The notes below the pieces were generated by a model. That model had not been told where the DNA came from. It ran no database searches and saw only the letters and a list, made by a program, of their open reading frames with translations. The translations under genes and the position numbers were made by a program. Positions 1-10,495 of a stretch of 64,000 nt of DNA are shown in pieces. The stretch's first letter is position 1, and each line of letters begins with the position of its first letter. This DNA comes from Myxococcota bacterium (GTDB taxonomy: Bacteria > Myxococcota_A > UBA9160 > JAFDDA01): contig OZ245817.1 of NCBI GenBank assembly GCA_965228475.1, positions 2,272,001 through 2,336,000 on the forward strand. The letters are read 5' to 3'.

Positions 1-623
1 ACCGCCCCGATCGCGATGAGGCCGTAGGCGATCCACTGGCCGACCCGGGCGGCGATGCCCGTCGCCTGGGAGGGGTCGCGCCCGTTGGCCCAGAGCAGGG
101 CCCGCAGCACGCGGCCGCCGTCGAGCGGGTAGCCCGGCAGCAGGTTGAACAGGGCGACGCCGACGTTCAGGAGGGCCAGGGACTCGAAGGTCGACTCGCC
201 GACCGATCCCGGCGGGAAGAGGAAGGTGAGCGCCGCGAACAGCGCGCCGATCGCGCCGCTCACCGCCGGGCCGGCGGCGGCGATCTGGAACTCCGAGCGG
301 GGGGAGATCGCCGGGTTCTCCATCCACGCGACGCCGCCGAAGACGAACAGCACGATCGAGCGCACACGCACGCCGTGGCGCAGGGCCACGACGCTGTGAC
401 CGATCTCGTGCATCAAGATGGAGCCGAAGACGAGCCCGGCGGTGATGGCGGAGAAGGCGCCGCGCCAGAAGATCGACAGCCCGGGCTGGGTCGCGGCCAG
501 CTGGCTCCAGAGGCCGAAGACGACCAGCACGAAGACCACGAACCAGGTCGGATGCAGGTGGATCGGAATCCCGAGCACGCGCCCGATGCGAAGGCCCGGC
601 TCGATGTCGGAGCGCCCGGCCAC
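1..623 (-). CDS. Site-2 protease family (M50) zinc metalloprotease, 3' end runs off the window
   Basis: Not in the ORF track. Reverse strand from GTG at 623 reads LRIGRVLGIPIHLHPTWF, HEIGH (HExxH), IAAAGPAVS and FNLLPGYPLDGGRVLRA (NxxPxxxxDG), all M50 motifs. Confidence 0.9.
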   Translation of the reverse strand, partial: MAGRSDIEPGLRIGRVLGIPIHLHPTWFVVFVLVVFGLWSQLAATQPGLSIFWRGAFSAITAGLVFGSILMHEIGHSVVALRHGVRVRSIVLFVFGGVAWMENPAISPRSEFQIAAAGPAVSGAIGALFAALTFLFPPGSVGESTFESLALLNVGVALFNLLPGYPLDGGRVLRALLWANGRDPSQATGIAARVGQWIAYGLIAIGA

Positions 624-628
624 GGGCG

Positions 629-1678
629 CTAGCGCAGCAAGACGTCGCAGGCGAACCGGATGCGGCGCACCAGGCGGCCGAGCGCGTTGTGGTGGATGTT
701 CCGGCGCAGCCGGACGAGCAGGCGCCGTTCGAGCGCGTAGCGCGTGAGCTTCTTCTTGCGGGCGGGGCGCGGGTCGATGCCGTCGAGATCCGCAGCGAGG
801 GCGGCGCGCGAGTAGCCCCAGGTCTCGAGGTCTTCGTCCGTGGCGCGCTCGAGCGCGGCGCGGGCGGCGGCGAGCTTCTCGGGGCTCTCGGCCAGGGCGC
901 CGGTCCACTTGTCGAGGGAGTCCGTGGTCGGGCGGCCGGCCTGGGCGGCCTGGACCGGGTCGCCGAGCCCGCGCGCGGCCGCGGCCTGGCCCGCCTGGCC
1001 GTAATCGACGAGGGCCGGTTCGTAGGGCAGGCCGAGGTGGTCGGCGATCGCCCGCGCGTGCTTCTCGGGATCGGCGACGAGCGCCTCGTAGCGCACGTGC
1101 ACGAGCTCGACGGGCCGCTCGCGCAGGAAGCGCGCGATGGCCGGGACGTAGCGGTCGACGAGCGGGGCCTGCCGCTCGGCGGCCTCGTGGTCGCCGTCGA
1201 AGAAGGACTCGACCTGGGAGGACCACGCCGCGAGCGGATTGCGCGTGATCACGACGTAGTGCGCGTCTGGATAGAGCTTCGCGAGGAAGTCGAGCACGAG
1301 GGCGTAGGCCGGCGTCTTGTCGAGCAGGTGGGTCTTGCCGCTCGGGGCGAGGAGCTTCCCGTAGAGCATGTCCGTGTGCGCGCGCAGGGATTCGAGGTAG
1401 TCGGCCTCGCCGCCGGGCAGGCTCGCCACGAGCTCGCGCAGGCCGAGCTGGGTGATGATCGGATCGTAGGGTGCGGCGTCGACCTTCTCGAAGTAGCCGA
1501 GGTGGGCGAGGCCGGTCATCAGGTGGGCCTCGGCGGGAGCGTGGATCCGGCTGTGGGCGCCGAGCATCCGGGCGAGCATGGTCGTCCCCGAGCGCGGGGA
1601 GCCGATCAGGAAGATCAGCCGGCGCTGGTTCGCGGCCTCGCCGCCCTCGCTTTCATGGGACTGCGTCCGATCCTGCAA
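629..1678 (-). CDS. PAPS-dependent sulfotransferase (Sulfotransfer_3-like)
   Basis: IFLIGSPRSGTTML (5'-PSB loop), LDKTP, ITRNPLAAWSS (3'-PB) and VRYEALVADP. Confidence 0.88.
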   Translation of the reverse strand: MQDRTQSHESEGGEAANQRRLIFLIGSPRSGTTMLARMLGAHSRIHAPAEAHLMTGLAHLGYFEKVDAAPYDPIITQLGLRELVASLPGGEADYLESLRAHTDMLYGKLLAPSGKTHLLDKTPAYALVLDFLAKLYPDAHYVVITRNPLAAWSSQVESFFDGDHEAAERQAPLVDRYVPAIARFLRERPVELVHVRYEALVADPEKHARAIADHLGLPYEPALVDYGQAGQAAAARGLGDPVQAAQAGRPTTDSLDKWTGALAESPEKLAAARAALERATDEDLETWGYSRAALAADLDGIDPRPARKKKLTRYALERRLLVRLRRNIHHNALGRLVRRIRFACDVLLR

Positions 1679-1688
1679 CGCCGAACTC

Positions 1689-3047
<1,359 letters not shown>

Positions 3048-3058
3048 GCGGATCTCCT

Positions 3059-3826
3059 CTAGTTCGTGGCCTCTTCCGGCTCGTGGCTGCGGAACGTGTT
3101 CCACAGGACGAAGACGCCGAGCAGGGTGACGCCGAGCGCCACGAACTGCCCCGGCGTCCAGCCGAAGTATCGCGCGTCGCCCGTACGGAGGGTGTCGAGC
3201 GCAAAGCGGACCGGGCCGTACAGCGTGAAGAAGAGCCCGAAGAACAGGCCCGTCGGCCGGGGTTTGCGATCCAGGGCGAAGAAGAGGATCGCGATCGGGA
3301 TCGTGTAGAGGAACTCGAGGAGGCCGAGGTCGAAGCGGCCGCCTTCGGGGAACTGGACGCCGAGCCAGTGGTCCGTGGGCCGGCCCATGTGGTCGTGGGC
3401 GAGCGCGCAGCCGGCGCGGCCGAAGAGCCAGGCGAAGGGGAAGGCGAAGGCGATGTTGTCTGCGAGCTTCCAGGCGTCCGCGCCGCTCCAGCCCTTCCGG
3501 CGCGTGATGAAGGCCAGGGCGAGCAGGCCGCCCATGATCCCGCCGAAGGACGACATGCTCCCCCAGATCCGGAAGAGCTCCATCGGATCCGCGAGCACGC
3601 GCTCGGGGTAGTAGGCGACGGCGTCGAAGACGTGGGAGCCGACGAAGCCCCAGAGGATCACCCAGGCCACGAGGCTCGCGACGGCTTCGGAGTCGAGCCC
3701 GATGCGCGGCGCGCGCCGGACCACGACCTCGTAGCCGGTGATCACCGCGGCGCAGACCATGACCTGGAAGAAGTAGAGGGTGTAGGTGCCGAAGGAGATC
3801 GACGGCTGCTCGATGTAGGGAAACAT
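3059..3826 (-). CDS. lgt: Prolipoprotein diacylglyceryl transferase family protein
   Basis: Multi-TM protein with GSMSSFGG, GRAGCALAHDHMG, WLGVQFP and YGPVRFALDTLR. The motifs diverge from the canonical SFHGG/RxGNF. Confidence 0.75.
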   Translation of the reverse strand: MFPYIEQPSISFGTYTLYFFQVMVCAAVITGYEVVVRRAPRIGLDSEAVASLVAWVILWGFVGSHVFDAVAYYPERVLADPMELFRIWGSMSSFGGIMGGLLALAFITRRKGWSGADAWKLADNIAFAFPFAWLFGRAGCALAHDHMGRPTDHWLGVQFPEGGRFDLGLLEFLYTIPIAILFFALDRKPRPTGLFFGLFFTLYGPVRFALDTLRTGDARYFGWTPGQFVALGVTLLGVFVLWNTFRSHEPEEATN

Positions 3827-3921
3827 GCGGGCGGGAGACTATCCCAGCTGGTTCCCGCGCGGGGCAAGTCCCTGCGGAACCCGGGGTCTCCGGGGGCGCT
3901 GGCGGCGCGCCTGGCTCGCGA

Positions 3922-4725
3922 CTAGAGCGTGTCGCGGTGGCGGATCAAGACCTCGCGCGCGCGCCGCGCCTGGGCCGCGGAGACGGCCTGGGAAACGCGC
4001 TGGGCCAGCCAGGGCTTCGCGGAGCAGAGGTACTCGAAGGCCGAGCGGTCGATCTCGAGCAGGCGACAGTCCGTGGCCGCGATGGCGGTTTCGCTCGGCG
4101 CGAGCCCGGTGAGGAGCGGCGTGCCGCCGAACAGCCGGCCCGGTCCGAGGCGCTCGAAGCTCACGTTGCGGGCGCCCCGCACGCGCGCCTCGAGGACCAC
4201 TTCGCCTTCCGAGACGAGGAAGATCGACTCTTCGCCCGCGTCCATCACGTCCTCGCGGTGGATGGTCGCGCCGCGTTGGACGTCGCGATAGCGCGTCACC
4301 TGGGCCAGGCCCATGGCCTCCTCGATGTCGAGCGACGAGAGATCGGAGCGCGCGTGGAGGAAACGGCCGAGCTGCTTGGCGCCTTCGAGCACCTGATCCC
4401 AGAGGGCTTCGACGAGCGCTTCGGTCGGCCGGACGAAGGAGATGCCCGTCAGCACGACCATGTCGCCCGGGGTGCTGCGCTGCCAGCGGCCTTCGGCTTC
4501 GAGCTCGAGGGGCCGTCCGGGAAGGTTCAGGGTCACGCGGTGGATCGACTTGAACTCGAAGGGCGAGGCGGTCGCCACGCACATGCCGCCGATGCCGAGG
4601 TCCCGGGCGCGGCCCGGAAGCTGGCCCGAGATCCCGCCCGCGTGGATGTCCACGGGGAAGTCGGTCCCCACGCGGGGGTTCTGGCGGACCTCGATCGCGC
4701 TCCGGCGTCTCGCGGGCTTCTGCAT
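3922..4725 (-). CDS. PilZ domain + cyclic-nucleotide-binding domain protein
   Basis: N-terminal RQNPR...DLGIGG (PilZ RxxxR/DxxxxG). C-terminal IFLVSEGEVVL...LGPGRLFG...AIAATDCRLLEIDRSAF (cNMP fold). Alternative start at 4761. Confidence 0.75.
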   Translation of the reverse strand: MQKPARRRSAIEVRQNPRVGTDFPVDIHAGGISGQLPGRARDLGIGGMCVATASPFEFKSIHRVTLNLPGRPLELEAEGRWQRSTPGDMVVLTGISFVRPTEALVEALWDQVLEGAKQLGRFLHARSDLSSLDIEEAMGLAQVTRYRDVQRGATIHREDVMDAGEESIFLVSEGEVVLEARVRGARNVSFERLGPGRLFGGTPLLTGLAPSETAIAATDCRLLEIDRSAFEYLCSAKPWLAQRVSQAVSAAQARRAREVLIRHRDTL

Positions 4726-4863
4726 GACTGGTTCTTCGGCATCATGGGGCCCGGCCTGCATCGGGCGATGGCCCCGGCGCGCGGTCGGGGGTTGCCGCGC
4801 CGCCGGGTGGGAAACCCCGAGAGGAGCGTCGGTGGATCGTCGGCACGGGGGGAGGGCGTTCGG

Positions 4864-5919
4864 TTGATCGGCGAGACGGAGGCGCGCGAGCTGGCCCTGG
4901 CGCTCGGCTTCGACCGGGCCGGCGTGGCGCCGCTCGGCCGGAGCGAGCGCGCCGCGTTCTTCACCCGTTGGCTCGAAAGCGGCCACGCGGGCGAGATGGA
5001 CTGGCTCGCCGAGCGGGCGGAGCTTCGCACGGATCCGGGCCGGCTCGTCCCGGAAGCGCGCAGCGCCCTCGTCGTCACCCTGGTGTACGACCCGGGCGAG
5101 CCGCTGGCGGCCGGCCCGGTCTCGAAGGCGCGCGTCGCTCGCTATGCGGGCGGCGAGGACTACCACGAACTGATGGAGGAGCGGCTCACGGCCCTCGGCG
5201 ATGCGCTCGAGGTGGCGGCGGGGCGGCGTCTCTTCCGGCGCGCCTACGTCGATACCGGCCCGGTCCTCGAACGCGAACTCGGTGCGCTCGCGGGTCTCGG
5301 CTGGGTGGGGAAGAACACCTGCCTGATCGACCCGCGCCTCGGGTCGTACTTCTTCCTCGGCGTGCTCTTCACGGACCTCCCCCTCGCGGCCGGAACGCCC
5401 GAGCCGGATCACTGCGGGAGCTGCCGTGCCTGCCTCGACGCGTGTCCGACCGATGCCTTCCGGGAGCCCTACGTGCTCGATGCCTCGCGCTGCATCTCCT
5501 ACACGACGATCGAGCACCGCGGCGCCGTGCCCGAGGCGCTCCGCGTGGGGCAGGGGGATTGGGTCTTCGGCTGCGACGTCTGCCAGGAGGTCTGTCCCTG
5601 GAACCAGCGCACGCGCCGGACGGTGCCCCCGGATGCCGCGGGCCTGCGCGACCGACTCGCGCCGCGCGCCGCCTGGCGATCGCCGACGCTGGCGTGGCTC
5701 CTCGATCTCGACGAGGCCTCGTTTCGCGCGGCGGCGAAGGGCACGGCGCTTCGCCGCGCGAAGTGGAAGGGGCTCGTGCGCAACGCGATCGTCGCGGCGG
5801 GGAACTCGGGCGACCGGGGGCTCGTGCCCGCGCTGCGCCGCCACGCCGAGGGCGGCGACGCGGGTCTTGCCGAGCACGCGCGCTGGGCCCTCGCGCAGCT
5901 CGAGGCGGCCGGCGCCTAG
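4864..5919 (+). CDS. queG: Epoxyqueuosine reductase
   Basis: ARYAGGEDYH, YVDTGPVLER, GLGWVGKN, CGSCRACLDACPT, CISYTTIE and FGCDVCQEVCPWN. TTG start after GGAGG. Confidence 0.93.
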   Translation: MIGETEARELALALGFDRAGVAPLGRSERAAFFTRWLESGHAGEMDWLAERAELRTDPGRLVPEARSALVVTLVYDPGEPLAAGPVSKARVARYAGGEDYHELMEERLTALGDALEVAAGRRLFRRAYVDTGPVLERELGALAGLGWVGKNTCLIDPRLGSYFFLGVLFTDLPLAAGTPEPDHCGSCRACLDACPTDAFREPYVLDASRCISYTTIEHRGAVPEALRVGQGDWVFGCDVCQEVCPWNQRTRRTVPPDAAGLRDRLAPRAAWRSPTLAWLLDLDEASFRAAAKGTALRRAKWKGLVRNAIVAAGNSGDRGLVPALRRHAEGGDAGLAEHARWALAQLEAAGA

Positions 5920-6422
5920 TTCGGGCGCCGCGCGACGAGTCGAGCCAGCGCTTCGGGGCGCGGCCCCTCGGTGCGAACCTCCTCGAAGTGCTCGATCTCA
6001 AGCATTGGAAACAGCAGGGGAAGTTCGCCTGGCTGGAGCAGGAACGCGTCGCGGCGGGGACCGTGACCGAGCTCGCGCTGAGCGACGGTGAAGGTTTCGT
6101 AGACCAGGCGGCCGCCGGGGCGCAGGAGCCCGGCGATCGCAGCGCACAGCGGGCGGTGGAGGTAGCGGAAGACGAGCACGGCCCCGAACGCTTCCGGGCG
6201 GAACGGGATGGCCGCTCCGCCCTCGAGATCGGCCCGGACGGCCGGGACGTCCGGAAGCGCGTCCCGGAGGGCCGAGAGTGACTCCAGATTGCGGTCGAGC
6301 CCGATCACCGGGAGGCCGGCTGCGGCGACGGCTCGCGCGTTCCGCCCGCGCCCGCAGGCCAGGTCGAGCACGGGCCCCTCGAGCGCATCGAGTCGTTCCC
6401 GGAGGAACCCGCTCGCCTCCAA
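5916..6422 (-). CDS. Class I SAM-dependent methyltransferase (TehB-like)
   Basis: VLDLACGRGRNA motif I, VFRYLHR, LRPGGRLVYETF and FLLQPGEL. Confidence 0.85.
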   Translation of the reverse strand: MEASGFLRERLDALEGPVLDLACGRGRNARAVAAAGLPVIGLDRNLESLSALRDALPDVPAVRADLEGGAAIPFRPEAFGAVLVFRYLHRPLCAAIAGLLRPGGRLVYETFTVAQRELGHGPRRDAFLLQPGELPLLFPMLEIEHFEEVRTEGPRPEALARLVARRPN

Positions 6423-6425
6423 GCG

Positions 6426-7229
6426 TCAGCCCCGCTTGGCGATCGCGTCGACGACCCGGGCCGGGAAGTCGCTCATCACCGCGTCGACCCCGAGGTCGAG
6501 GAGGCGCTCGATCTCGGCCGGGTCGTTGATCGTCCAGACGTGGACGTGGACGTCGTGTGCGTGGGCGAAGGCGATGAGCTCGGGGGTGACGAGGGGGTGC
6601 GGGCCGAAGTGCGTGGGGATCTGGAGCGCCATCGGTTCGGGCGGCGGTGCGCCGCCTTCGGCCGCGGCCTTCACGAAGGCGATGCAGTCTCCGAGCGCGG
6701 CGCCCATGGCGGTCCGGATGCCCGTCCGGCGCAGGACGTCGCGCACCACGGCCATCACGTCGTCCTCGGCGGCGGCGAGCAGGGTCCGGTCCGCGCGCCC
6801 GCGGTCGGCGATGAGCCGTGCGACGCGTTCGACGAACTCGGCGCTGCCCGCCTTGACCTCGATGTTGAAGCGCGTCTCCGGGAACGCGTCGAAGGCCTCC
6901 TCGAGGGTCGGGATCCGGATGCCTTCGCCGCGGGCGGGGAAGGTCGCGCCGTCGTCCGGCGAGAAGCGGTGGCCGGCGTCGAGGCGGCGGAGCTCGTCGA
7001 GCGTCCGCGCGGCGATCGGTCCGGTCCCGTCCGTGGTTCGGTCGAGCGCCGCGTCGTGGAAGACGACGGCCGTGCCGTCGGCGCTCGGGTGGATGTCGGT
7101 CTCGAGGATCTGCGCACCCTGCTCGAGCGCGCGCTCGAAGGCGGGCAGCGTGTTCTCGGGCAGCTCGCCCGACGCGCCGCGGTGGCCGACGGGAATGGGC
7201 CGCGGAAGATCGAAGTAGGGGTGACGCAT
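6426..7229 (-). CDS. Glycerophosphodiester phosphodiesterase
   Basis: GHRGASGELPENTLPAF, ETDIH, VFHD, NIEVK, VWTIND and GVDAVMSDFP. Confidence 0.92.
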   Translation of the reverse strand: MRHPYFDLPRPIPVGHRGASGELPENTLPAFERALEQGAQILETDIHPSADGTAVVFHDAALDRTTDGTGPIAARTLDELRRLDAGHRFSPDDGATFPARGEGIRIPTLEEAFDAFPETRFNIEVKAGSAEFVERVARLIADRGRADRTLLAAAEDDVMAVVRDVLRRTGIRTAMGAALGDCIAFVKAAAEGGAPPPEPMALQIPTHFGPHPLVTPELIAFAHAHDVHVHVWTINDPAEIERLLDLGVDAVMSDFPARVVDAIAKRG

Positions 7230-7269
7230 GGGCCTCCAGCTCTCGCGCGTACGTTACCATGCGCCGCCC

Positions 7270-7782
7270 ATGGCCATCCTGACCCGCGACGTGATCCTTC
7301 GCGAGATCGACGAAGGTCGCTTGAAGATCGACCCGCTCGAACGCGACCAGGTCGGTCCCGCTTCGATTGACCTGACCCTCGGTGACGAGATCCGCGTGAT
7401 CGAGGCCGGCGAGGATGCGATCGACATCGCCGAAGACACGGACTACCGCGACTTCACGCGCCGCAGCCGGCTCACCGAACCCTTCCAGCTCGACCCGGGC
7501 GTCACGATCCACGGCATCACGCGGGAGCACGTGACGCTGCCCGAAGACCTCGGCGGCTTCCTCGAAGGCCGCAGCCGCTACGCCCGGCTCGGGCTCATGA
7601 TCCACGTCACTTCGGCCTTCGTGCAGCCGGGCGTCTCGAACCGCCAGGTGCTCGAGATGAGCAACGTCGCGAGCCACCCCCTGGCGATCCACCCCGGGGT
7701 GCGGGTCTGCCAGCTCGTGCTGATGCGCACCGAAGGCCGGGCCGCCTACCGCGGCCGCTTCTGGGACCAGTCGGAGATCTAG
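7270..7782 (+). CDS. dcd: dCTP deaminase
   Basis: QVGPASIDLTLG, EGRSRYARLGL, VQPG, LEMSN and RVCQL. ATG at 7270 chosen as the start. Confidence 0.88.
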   Translation: MAILTRDVILREIDEGRLKIDPLERDQVGPASIDLTLGDEIRVIEAGEDAIDIAEDTDYRDFTRRSRLTEPFQLDPGVTIHGITREHVTLPEDLGGFLEGRSRYARLGLMIHVTSAFVQPGVSNRQVLEMSNVASHPLAIHPGVRVCQLVLMRTEGRAAYRGRFWDQSEI

Positions 7783-7813
7783 CGCCATGGACCAGTCGGA
7801 GATCTAGCGCCAT
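7764..7813. repeat. Perfect 25-bp tandem duplication of the dcd 3' end
   Basis: GGACCAGTCGGAGATCTAGCGCCAT at 7764-7788 and again at 7789-7813. Confidence 0.95.
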
Positions 7814-7845
7814 GACCGTGCGCCCGGGCCGGGAGAGCTAGCCGC

Positions 7846-8295
7846 GTGCGTGCCGTCGTCCAGCGCGTGAGCCGCGCGGAGGTGTCCGTAGCGGGAGAGC
7901 GCGTCGCCGAGATGGAGGCGGGCCTCCTGGCGCTAGTGGGCGTCACCCACGACGACTCCGAAGCCGACGCCGAGGATCTGGCGCGCCGGCTCGCGAACCT
8001 GCGGATCTTCGCGGACGACGAGGGGCGCATGAACCGGTCGCTGCTCGACGGCGGTGGGACGCTCGGCGTCGTGTCCCAGTTCACGCTCTTCGGCGACGCG
8101 CGGAAGGGGCGGCGTCCGGCCTTCGTGGATGCTGCCCGGCCCGAGCACGCGGAGCCCCTGGTCGAGCATCTGGCCGCCCGGGCGGAGGCCCTCGGCCTGC
8201 CGGTGGTGACCGGCCGCTTCGGCGCCCACATGGAGGTCTCCCTCCTGAACGACGGGCCCGTGACGCTGCTCCTCGACAGCCGCAAAGCCTTCTAG
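7846..8295 (+). CDS. dtd: D-aminoacyl-tRNA deacylase
   Basis: MRAVVQRV, LRIF, VVSQFTL, KGRRP, GRFGAHMEVSLLNDGPVT. Confidence 0.96.
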   Translation: MRAVVQRVSRAEVSVAGERVAEMEAGLLALVGVTHDDSEADAEDLARRLANLRIFADDEGRMNRSLLDGGGTLGVVSQFTLFGDARKGRRPAFVDAARPEHAEPLVEHLAARAEALGLPVVTGRFGAHMEVSLLNDGPVTLLLDSRKAF

Positions 8296-8384
8296 GACTG
8301 GCGGAATCCCGCCTCGGGCGCCCCACTGCAGAACCGCGTTGCACTTCCTGGCCGAGCCGGCATCCTTTCGCCGGGGGGTTCATC

Positions 8385-8735
8385 ATGGAACGAAAGACGA
8401 AGCGGCGGGGCCTCGCCCTGGCCGCAGCGATGGCTTGTTGCGTCGCGCTGGCGCCCGCGCCGGCCCACGCCGAAAACGACACGGCGACCAACGCGGCCGC
8501 CGCGTTCTGTTCGCTGCTCTATGCGCCGACGAAGATCGCCTTCGCGGGCCTCGGGACGGTCGTGAGCGGTCTGGCCTGGGCCATGACCGGCTTCGACGGC
8601 GAGGCGGCCCGGCCGATCTTCTACTCGACGGTGCGAGGGGACTACCTGATCACGCCGAACCATCTCGAGGGCCGCCGGCCGGTCGAGTTCGTCGGGCGCG
8701 ATCCCCGGGACGAGCCGCCGCGCGAAGCCTGGTAG
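8385..8735 (+). CDS. Hypothetical secreted/membrane protein
   Basis: Sec-type signal peptide ending AHA, then a hydrophobic segment. Coding-like codon usage. Confidence 0.7.
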   Translation: MERKTKRRGLALAAAMACCVALAPAPAHAENDTATNAAAAFCSLLYAPTKIAFAGLGTVVSGLAWAMTGFDGEAARPIFYSTVRGDYLITPNHLEGRRPVEFVGRDPRDEPPREAW

Positions 8736-8960
8736 CGGGCCCGCCCGCCGCCGGGCGAAGGTGCAGCCGAGCCGCCGGTCCGCCGATGCCGGAAAGGAGC
8801 CTGCGGCATCGAAGCCCTGGGCGTCACGGCTGCGCCCTGCGGCGGCCGGAGGCTGCCCAGGCCCGGGCCCTGCGAGTTTCGCCGTCGTCTCGGCTACGCT
8901 CCCGGGTCGGGGGATTGTCAGGAAGCCCGGCTCGGCGGCAGCGGAGCGGGGTAGGGGGCC

Positions 8961-9749
8961 ATGGACGAGTTCTCCTCGGTTGCATCGGTGGGCGCGGTCT
9001 TCGCCGCGGGCTTGCTGTCGGTCTTCTCGCCCTGCGTGATGCCGCTCATGCCGGCCTACCTTTCGCTGATCTCGGGTGTCTCCGTCGAGGAGATGCAGGA
9101 GTCCGTCGAGGAGCACGAGCCCGGCATGCGCCGCCGGGTGCTGCTGGCCTGTCTCGGCTTCATCGCCGGGTTCTCCACGGTGTTCATCGTGCTCGGCGCT
9201 TCGGCCACGGCCCTCGGCCGGGTCCTGCGGATCTGGCGGGGCGAGGTGTTCGGCATCGAGTTCGGCGTCGCGCAGCTCGCCGGCGTCCTCATCATCGTGA
9301 TGGGCCTGCACATGCTCGGCGTCTTCCGCATCGGGCTGCTCTACCGCGACAGCCGCTTCCAGATGGGCGGTCGCAAGAAGATGAGCGCGCTCGGCACGTA
9401 CCTGGTCGGCGCGGCGTTCGCCTTCGGCTGGTCGCCCTGCGTCGGGCCGATCCTGGCCGGGGTGCTCGGCATCGCGGGGAGCCAGGAGACCGTCGGCCGC
9501 GGCATGGTGCTGCTCGCGGTCTACTCGGCCGGCCTCGGCGTACCGTTCCTGCTGGCGGGCTGGAGCATCGAGGTCTTCTTCCGCGCCTTCGCTCGCATGA
9601 AGAACTACTTCCGCGCGGTCGAGTTCGCCTCGGGCGTGCTGCTGATCGGCGTCGGGCTGCTGGTCGCGACCGACCGGCTCTCGACCCTGAACGGCTACTT
9701 CACCTTCCTCACGCGCTTCATTCTCGCCGCCGAGGAAGCGCTGCTCTAA
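8961..9749 (+). CDS. ccdA: Cytochrome c biogenesis CcdA / DsbD-like membrane protein
   Basis: AGLLSVFSPCVMPLMPAY and FAFGWSPCVGPIL redox Cys motifs; about 6 TM segments. Confidence 0.92.
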   Translation: MDEFSSVASVGAVFAAGLLSVFSPCVMPLMPAYLSLISGVSVEEMQESVEEHEPGMRRRVLLACLGFIAGFSTVFIVLGASATALGRVLRIWRGEVFGIEFGVAQLAGVLIIVMGLHMLGVFRIGLLYRDSRFQMGGRKKMSALGTYLVGAAFAFGWSPCVGPILAGVLGIAGSQETVGRGMVLLAVYSAGLGVPFLLAGWSIEVFFRAFARMKNYFRAVEFASGVLLIGVGLLVATDRLSTLNGYFTFLTRFILAAEEALL

Positions 9750-9792
9750 GTTGCGGCGCACCGCGCGCCCGGCGCGCGCGCCAGGAGGATCC

Positions 9793-10398
9793 ATGGCCGC
9801 TTTGATGCTCGATGCCCGACGGTTGCTGGTCGCCGGACTGCTCGTCTCCCTGGCCTGCGGGAGCGGCTCCGAGGGCTCGTCCGGCGAAGCCGCCTCCGCG
9901 GGGGACACTCCGCCGCCGGCCGAGGCGGCCCAGGCGGAGGGTAAGCCCGCGGCGCCCGAGCCCGCCAAGGACGACGACCGCCAGGTGGCGCCGGACTTCG
10001 AGCTGCCGGACCTCGCCGGCAACGCCGTCACCATGGCGAGCCTGCGCGGCAAGACCGTGGTCATCGACTTCTGGGCCACGTGGTGCCCGCCGTGCATCTT
10101 CCAGATCCCGATCCTGAACTCGATCCAGAAGAAGCACGAGGCCGACGGCGTGGTGGTGATCGGGGTCGCGGTGGATGCCGAGGGCCTCGAAGTGGTGAAG
10201 CCCTACGCCGAGGAGAACGGGGTCGAGTACACGATCCTGATCGGCGACGAGAGCCTCGCGCGGAAGTTCGGCGCCCCGGGCTTTCCCGCGATGGCCATCG
10301 TGGACCCGGACGGCCGGATCGACTCGATGCACGTCGGCCTGATCGAGGAAGAGGAGCTCGACGCCGAGCTGGCCAAGATCAAGGCCAGCCGGAGCTGA
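9793..10398 (+). CDS. TlpA/ResA-like thiol-disulfide oxidoreductase lipoprotein
   Basis: Lipobox-like VSLAC, APDFEL and DFWATWCPPC. ATG follows AGGAGG. Adjacent to ccdA. Confidence 0.88.
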   Translation: MAALMLDARRLLVAGLLVSLACGSGSEGSSGEAASAGDTPPPAEAAQAEGKPAAPEPAKDDDRQVAPDFELPDLAGNAVTMASLRGKTVVIDFWATWCPPCIFQIPILNSIQKKHEADGVVVIGVAVDAEGLEVVKPYAEENGVEYTILIGDESLARKFGAPGFPAMAIVDPDGRIDSMHVGLIEEEELDAELAKIKASRS

Positions 10399-10460
10399 GC
10401 CTCCAGGCGAGGCGGGCCTCGGAGGCCCCCGCGGGCGCCCGCCCCACGCGGACCCTCGCC

Positions 10461-10488
10461 TAAAGGGTTCCGCCCCCCCGGTCGAAAA
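10461..10488 (+). promoter_or_regulatory. Putative sigma-28-like promoter of the Crp-family gene
   Basis: TAAAG-N15-GTCGAAAA ending 7 nt before ATG 10496. Confidence 0.45.
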
Positions 10489-10495
10489 GCCCCGC

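Noticed and set aside
7764..7813. CRISPR array
   Set aside because: Only two abutting copies, with no spacer and no cas genes.
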